From Candidatus Hadarchaeota archaeon (GTDB taxonomy: Archaea; CAYQAE01; CAYVLA01): a stretch of DNA of 64,000 nt. Positions 58,883 through 64,000 of this stretch are shown piece by piece. The translations under genes were made by a program, and so were the position numbers. Under the pieces are notes generated by a model. The model searched no databases, had not been told where the DNA came from, and worked only from the letters and a program-made list of their open reading frames with translations. Positions within the stretch are counted from its first letter, which is position 1, and each line of letters opens with the position of its first letter. The stretch is taken from positions 1 through 64,000 of the forward strand of contig CAZUNO010000002.1 of assembly GCA_964621445.1 (NCBI GenBank), read 5' to 3'.

Positions 58883-61800
58883 CTAGGGAGCCCTGATAGA
58901 GATACGATATTCATCACCCTCCAATTGCCAGCTCTTTTGATATGACTCCTCCAATCCACGTCCAAAACTCAGCGATTTAGCCCTTGTCTCGGTGGATATA
59001 TAATCCTCATAATCGGCAAGCCTATCCAGGCCAGGACCATCCACTGCCACCTCGATGAAGTCGTCAACATCAAGATCCATATCCTTTCTCATATCCTGGA
59101 CTCGCCTCACTATCTCCTTGGCCATGCCCTCGCGTTTTAAATCCTTGCTGAGCCTGCAATCAACGACCACGGTTCCAGAGGCGAATTCGGAATCCGAATA
59201 GTACTCAGGCATCTCCTTTTCAAAGGATACATGTTCAGGGCGCACCCGGAAATCCCTCTTTTCGGTGTGCAAGATGAAATAATCCTGTTCGTCAAAGGCC
59301 TCCTTCACTTCCTTAGGATCCGAATTCAGCAGCCCATCAATTACCCGGTTTGCATCGGATCTAAACTCCCTCCCAATACTTGGGAGCTCTGGTTTTATCT
59401 CCAGCACGGATTCCACTTCATCCACACACTCAACCGACTTGCAGTTCGTCTGCTCCGTAAATACCCTATCCAGGTCCCGAAGGGCTTGCTTTACCTCCTG
59501 ATCCTCGGTTTTCACCATTATCCTGCCCACCGGCTGTCTGAGCTTTATCCCTGCCCTCTGCCTAGCCGCCAGGGAGGATTCGACCAGTGATCTAACGATC
59601 GCCATGGAACCTTCGAGACTTGAATCGGTCAGGCCCTCATCGGCAGCTGGCCAGCCCTGGAGATGAACGCTATCCGGCGTCGAGGAGCTCCTAACCAGCT
59701 TCTGGAAGATCTCTTCCGTTATATGTGGGGTTATGGGTGCCATGAGTCTCAGGAGGCGTTCGATTGCATAGTGGAGGCTGAAATAGCAGGCCAGCTTGTC
59801 AGGATCCTCGGACTCTATCCAGGTTCTATCCCTGGCCAGTCTGACGTACCACCTGCTGAGGTCGTCCAGGATGAATTTCTGGAGATCCCTGGTGGCATGC
59901 AGAAAATTCATCCCATCCAGGGACTCGGTCGTGCTCTCTATGAGCGAGTTAACCCTCGATATGAGCCAACGGTCCTCCGGTCTCAGGTGGCCCTCGACCC
60001 GCGAGGCTTCAAAATTCCGGGGGAATTCATCCAGCTCCATGTAGGTGGAAGCAAAGACGCAAACGTTCCAGAAGACGTTGATCATGCGCTGTATGGTGGT
60101 GAGTTCGTCGAAATTAAACTTCAGGTCCTCCCAGGGAAGGGTAGCCCATAGCAGGTAGTACCTGAACACATCTGCGCCAAACCTATCCACCACATCGTCG
60201 GGGTCAACTGCATTTCCCAGAGATTTGGACATCTTCCTGCCCTCGGCATTGAGGGAGAATCCGTGCATCAACACCTTTCTATAGCAGGATTCATCGAAGG
60301 TTATCACGCTCGCCGCCTGAAGGGAATAGAACCACTTGCCTACCTGATCTGACCCCTCCATGATGAGATCAGCCGGCCATATGGACAGGGCATCTGGATC
60401 TGAAGGGTAGCCAAGGGAACTCCAGGACGCTATCCCCGAATCGAACCACACATCTATTATGTCTGGGATCCTTGTCATCCTCCCTCCACATTCGCATTCC
60501 AGTTCTATTCTATCTACGCTGGGCCTGTGAGGATCGAAATTATCGGGATCTATCTCCGACGTGGAGAGCGAAGCCAGCTCCGTATATGACCCCACCACGG
60601 TCATCTTCCCGCAATCGCCACATATCCAGATTGGCATTGGTATTCCCCAATACCTGTTTCTGGAAAGACACCAGTCCCCTGCATATTCCACGCCGTTCTC
60701 ATATCTCTCGGACACCCAATCGGGTACCCAATCTACATCCCCATTCTCCTCGATTATCCTGTCCTTTATCTTGCTTATCTCCAGGAACCATTGTTCCCTG
60801 GCCATGAAAAGCAGGGGCGTCTTGCATCGCCAACAGTGAGGATAGCTATGTTTAATTATTCCCTCGTGGACGTAATAACCGCTTGACTTAAGGTCCTCTA
60901 TCACCAGGGGGTCGGCATCCTTTACGTACATGCCGTTGTACTTGCCGCCCTCTTCGGTGAATCTACCGCCGGCGTCCAGGGGCGAAAAGATCGGTGCCCC
61001 TACCTCGCGGCCTACCTCAAAGTCCTCCTCACCATGTCCAGGTGAGGTATGAACACAGCCGGTTCCCTCCTCGAGATCGACGTATTCCGCCAGGACCAGT
61101 CGGTGAAATTCATCCGCCCACTCCCCTTGCTTCGGGACCTGCTCCAGAAGCGGGTGTTCATATTGGAGACCCTCCAGTTCCGTTCCCGGCATGGTCTCCA
61201 AAATCTGGTAATCTTCTATCCCCGTCTGCTCCATAACCCTTTCCACGAGCTCGGAGGCCATTATCCACTTCTCATCCCCCACCAATACCCTGGCATACTC
61301 GAAATCGGGCTTTACCATAACCAATAGGTTTGAGGGAAGTGTCCATGGAGTAGTGGTCCACACCAGGACGTATTGGTCTGTAGCGTCCCTAATCTTGAAT
61401 TTGATATAGATGGATGGATCCTCTCGGTCTTCATAAGCCCCCCTGACCTCATGTTCAGCTAGAGCCGTCTCACAGCGAGGGCACCAGTGCACTACTCTTA
61501 CATCCTGAACCAGCAGGCCCTTTTCATAGGCCTTCTTTATGGTGTCCCAGCCGGCCTCCATGTACTTGGAATTGAATGTGACGTAGGGATCGTCCCAATC
61601 CATCCACACGCCAAGCCTCTTAAACTGATCGGTCATGGTCTTCAAGTGGCTCTGGGCATAACTCTTGCAGGCATCGATGAACTTTTCGACCCCAACCACG
61701 TCCTCGATATCCTTCTTGCTTTTCAGATCGAGTTCCTTCTCCACCTTAACCTCGATGGGAAGTCCATGGGAGTCCCATCCAGGCTGCCTCCTCACGTTCT

Positions 61801-62032
61801 TCCCCTTCATTGATAGATATCTGAGCACCGCTCCCTTGATGATCTTATTCCATGCCGTCCCGATGTGTATTCTACCACTACAATAGGGGGGCCCGTCAAG
61901 GAAGTAAAAGACGGGTTTGTCGGAGTTTCTCTCCTTGGATCTGGGGTATATACGGTTCTCTACCCACCAGGACTGGACGTCTTCCTCCAGCCCCTTCAGA
62001 TCCAGCTTCTTCTGAAGAGCTTCTACAGCCAT
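58883..62032 (-). CDS. ileS: isoleucine--tRNA ligase (archaeal/eukaryote-like type)
   Basis: DGPPY..HIGT, GWDSHGLP, WTTTPWTLP, GTGCVH, DWCLSRNRYWG, KMSKS; start may be 62059. Confidence 0.97.
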   Translation of the reverse strand: MAVEALQKKLDLKGLEEDVQSWWVENRIYPRSKERNSDKPVFYFLDGPPYCSGRIHIGTAWNKIIKGAVLRYLSMKGKNVRRQPGWDSHGLPIEVKVEKELDLKSKKDIEDVVGVEKFIDACKSYAQSHLKTMTDQFKRLGVWMDWDDPYVTFNSKYMEAGWDTIKKAYEKGLLVQDVRVVHWCPRCETALAEHEVRGAYEDREDPSIYIKFKIRDATDQYVLVWTTTPWTLPSNLLVMVKPDFEYARVLVGDEKWIMASELVERVMEQTGIEDYQILETMPGTELEGLQYEHPLLEQVPKQGEWADEFHRLVLAEYVDLEEGTGCVHTSPGHGEEDFEVGREVGAPIFSPLDAGGRFTEEGGKYNGMYVKDADPLVIEDLKSSGYYVHEGIIKHSYPHCWRCKTPLLFMAREQWFLEISKIKDRIIEENGDVDWVPDWVSERYENGVEYAGDWCLSRNRYWGIPMPIWICGDCGKMTVVGSYTELASLSTSEIDPDNFDPHRPSVDRIELECECGGRMTRIPDIIDVWFDSGIASWSSLGYPSDPDALSIWPADLIMEGSDQVGKWFYSLQAASVITFDESCYRKVLMHGFSLNAEGRKMSKSLGNAVDPDDVVDRFGADVFRYYLLWATLPWEDLKFNFDELTTIQRMINVFWNVCVFASTYMELDEFPRNFEASRVEGHLRPEDRWLISRVNSLIESTTESLDGMNFLHATRDLQKFILDDLSRWYVRLARDRTWIESEDPDKLACYFSLHYAIERLLRLMAPITPHITEEIFQKLVRSSSTPDSVHLQGWPAADEGLTDSSLEGSMAIVRSLVESSLAARQRAGIKLRQPVGRIMVKTEDQEVKQALRDLDRVFTEQTNCKSVECVDEVESVLEIKPELPSIGREFRSDANRVIDGLLNSDPKEVKEAFDEQDYFILHTEKRDFRVRPEHVSFEKEMPEYYSDSEFASGTVVVDCRLSKDLKREGMAKEIVRRVQDMRKDMDLDVDDFIEVAVDGPGLDRLADYEDYISTETRAKSLSFGRGLEESYQKSWQLEGDEYRISIRAP

Positions 62033-62158
62033 TTTGTAGCCCGTCCGGCGGGCTTCCATCGTTCAGCAGTTAATTAAGTGTTTCTCGTCAGAAAATTAAC
62101 CCGCATGGTGCCCGACAACATTTAAGATAACTACACACGGTGCCTTCCCAAGCTAGGT

Positions 62159-63619
62159 GTGTCCTTGGAACCGTTCGAAATGAATGCCCATGATGCAGTA
62201 GAGGCAATTCGAGGCGGTGAGCTTACCTCGGTTGAAGTTACTAGTTCCGTACTTTCCAGAATAGGTGATGTCGACGGCGATGTTCGTGCATATATATCCG
62301 TGGACCGGGAAGGGGCCCTGAAGCGGGCGGCACAAATCGATAAACAGCTCTCGGATGGCAAATCGCCGGGCCTCCTGGCCGGTGTTCCGGTGGCCGTAAA
62401 GGACAGCATAGTGACCAAGGACCTTCGCACGACATGTGGTTCCCGGATGCTGGAGAATTTTTCTCCCCCCTATTCAGCCACCTCGGTCAGCAGGCTATTG
62501 GAGCAAGGAGCGGTCGTAGTTGGCAAGACCAACTGTGACGAGTTCTGCATGGGAACCACGACGGAGACGAGTTACTTCGGGCCAACACATAATCCCTGGG
62601 ACCTGGACCGGGTTCCAGGAGGTTCCTCGGGCGGTAGCGCTGCCTGCATAGCGGCGGACGAAGCACTTACCTCCCTGGGTACGGACACCGGGGGTTCCAT
62701 TCGCTGTCCGGCAGCCTTCTGCGGAACTATTGGATTGAAGCCAACATACGGCAGGGTCAGTAGGTATGGCCTCATAGCTTATGCAAGCAGCCTCGACCAA
62801 ATTGGGACCTTGACCAAGGACGTTCAGGACTCCGCACTTCTCCTATCTTCCCTGGCTGGAAAGGACGAGATGGATTCGACCAGTATTGACAAACCAGTGG
62901 AGGATTATCTTGGTTACCTGGATCAGGGCATAGAAGGAGACCGCTTTGCGGTGCCCGGAGAATTCATATCCGACGCCACCGATGAATCGGTTGGGAAGGC
63001 CACCTGGAAGATTTCCGATGTACTCGAAAATCAGGGAGCCGAGAGGGTGGATGTGTCCCTTCCCTCCCTGGATTATTCTCTGCCCACCTATTACATCCTG
63101 GCCATGTGTGAGGCGAGCTCCAACCTGGCCCGTTATGACGGGGTCAGGTACGGATATTCAGTCGAATCAAAGGCCGACTGGATCCAGGCATTCTCAAAGA
63201 CCCGGGGTAGGGGTTTTGGCCCCGAGGTACGAAGACGAATCATTCTTGGAACCTATGCCCTCTCGGCCGGGTATTATGACGCCTATTACAGCAAGGCATT
63301 AAAGATTCGGACCTTGATCAAGCGGGATTTTGAAAAGGCCTACGAGAAGGTGGATTACCTGGTCACCCCTACAATGCCCGTTCCTCCCTGGAAAATAGGG
63401 GAAATGGCAGATCCGTTGACCATGTATCTGCAGGACATAGACACCGTTCCGGTCAACCTTATTGGTGCACCGGCACTTTCCTACCCCTCAGGACTGTCCG
63501 ATGGACTGCCCATAGGAGTGCAGCTAATCGGTAGGTATTTCGAGGAAGGCACCATACTCAGGGCTGCCCGGGCCCTGGAAAAGAAAATGCCCTTCCAAAA
63601 TCGGCCTCCTATACGATAA
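62159..63619 (+). CDS. gatA: Asp/Glu-tRNA amidotransferase subunit A
   Basis: VKD, GKTNCDEF, GGSSGGS, GTDTGGSIR, SSNLARYDGVRYG, EVRRRIILGTYALSAGYY. Confidence 0.96.
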   Translation: MSLEPFEMNAHDAVEAIRGGELTSVEVTSSVLSRIGDVDGDVRAYISVDREGALKRAAQIDKQLSDGKSPGLLAGVPVAVKDSIVTKDLRTTCGSRMLENFSPPYSATSVSRLLEQGAVVVGKTNCDEFCMGTTTETSYFGPTHNPWDLDRVPGGSSGGSAACIAADEALTSLGTDTGGSIRCPAAFCGTIGLKPTYGRVSRYGLIAYASSLDQIGTLTKDVQDSALLLSSLAGKDEMDSTSIDKPVEDYLGYLDQGIEGDRFAVPGEFISDATDESVGKATWKISDVLENQGAERVDVSLPSLDYSLPTYYILAMCEASSNLARYDGVRYGYSVESKADWIQAFSKTRGRGFGPEVRRRIILGTYALSAGYYDAYYSKALKIRTLIKRDFEKAYEKVDYLVTPTMPVPPWKIGEMADPLTMYLQDIDTVPVNLIGAPALSYPSGLSDGLPIGVQLIGRYFEEGTILRAARALEKKMPFQNRPPIR

Positions 63620-63650
63620 ACCATTTTTCAGCAAGGAAACTCAACCCTGG

Positions 63651-63893
63651 ATGAGAATTAAAATGGCCATAAATTGGGTTCGACTGGCATGGACCTTGGG
63701 TTTCGCGGTGCTTGGGCTTACAGCCATCTTCATCTACATAGGATATATGCAAAAATACAACAGGAATTCGCAACTGGTGGAAAAGGAGATCCAATCATCA
63801 CCCCTTTCAAAGAGACCGGAACCAAAATCCTCATCCAAGAAAAGGAGAACTCCGAGACCCAGGGAAAGCAGAAGGTACAGGCGCAAGAAGTAA
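63651..63893 (+). CDS. small single-TM protein with basic tail
   Basis: One TM helix followed by a Lys/Arg-rich C-terminus. Confidence 0.55.
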   Translation: MRIKMAINWVRLAWTLGFAVLGLTAIFIYIGYMQKYNRNSQLVEKEIQSSPLSKRPEPKSSSKKRRTPRPRESRRYRRKK

Positions 63894-63925
63894 TCTAAGG
63901 ATCGTCTCTGGGGCCAGGACATAAT

Positions 63926-64000
63926 CTAATCGGTGACCCCACCCTCGCCTATGGAAAACACGGTCTCCCCCTCCGCCAGATAGGGGCTGTCCACAAGCCT
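63926..64000 (-). CDS. radA: DNA repair recombinase RadA, C-terminal end (partial)
   Basis: Minus strand reads RLVDSPYLAEGETVFSIGEGGVTD*, the typical RadA/Rad51 C-terminus. Confidence 0.85.
   Translation of the reverse strand, partial: RLVDSPYLAEGETVFSIGEGGVTD

Noticed and set aside
1-64000. CRISPR array, rRNA, prophage or IS elements
   Set aside because: No regularly spaced repeats, rRNA-like sequence, or viral or transposase genes recognised

Overview
Archaeal chromosomal DNA, probably from an uncultured TACK-type heterotroph. The archaeal evidence is an archaeal-type IleRS, GatA, AdkA, the C-terminus of RadA, BRE/TATA promoters and a tRNA with BHB-type introns. About 58 CDSs are present. 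Most are bacterial-like catabolic genes: four sulfatase-superfamily enzymes, two DUF4838-like proteins, GH101/129-like and propeller glycosidase-like proteins, Gfo/Idh/MocA, TIM-barrel epimerases and a URO-D-family protein. The rest are mainly surface proteins. Main findings: (1) a tRNA-Ser(GCU) gene with three introns (positions 15/16, 29/30 and 37/38) whose splice motifs compete with each other; (2) an unannotated ~108-nt structured intergenic RNA with its own TATA box, a U-tract and a possible alternative fold upstream of an Lrp/AsnC gene; (3) a dispersed paralog family of secreted GATase1-like, single-pass membrane proteins with a highly conserved membrane anchor and LY[KR]EV cytoplasmic tail; (4) a PEF-CTERM-like sorting signal variant; (5) a sulfatase homolog with Thr at the nucleophile position; (6) a HIT / PIN / DbpA-fused SF1 helicase cluster; (7) tandem PRC-barrel genes sharing a 65-bp identical tract; (8) a decayed serine-hydrolase pseudogene. 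No CRISPR array, rRNA or transposase was seen. All family calls come from motif recognition by eye, not from database searches.
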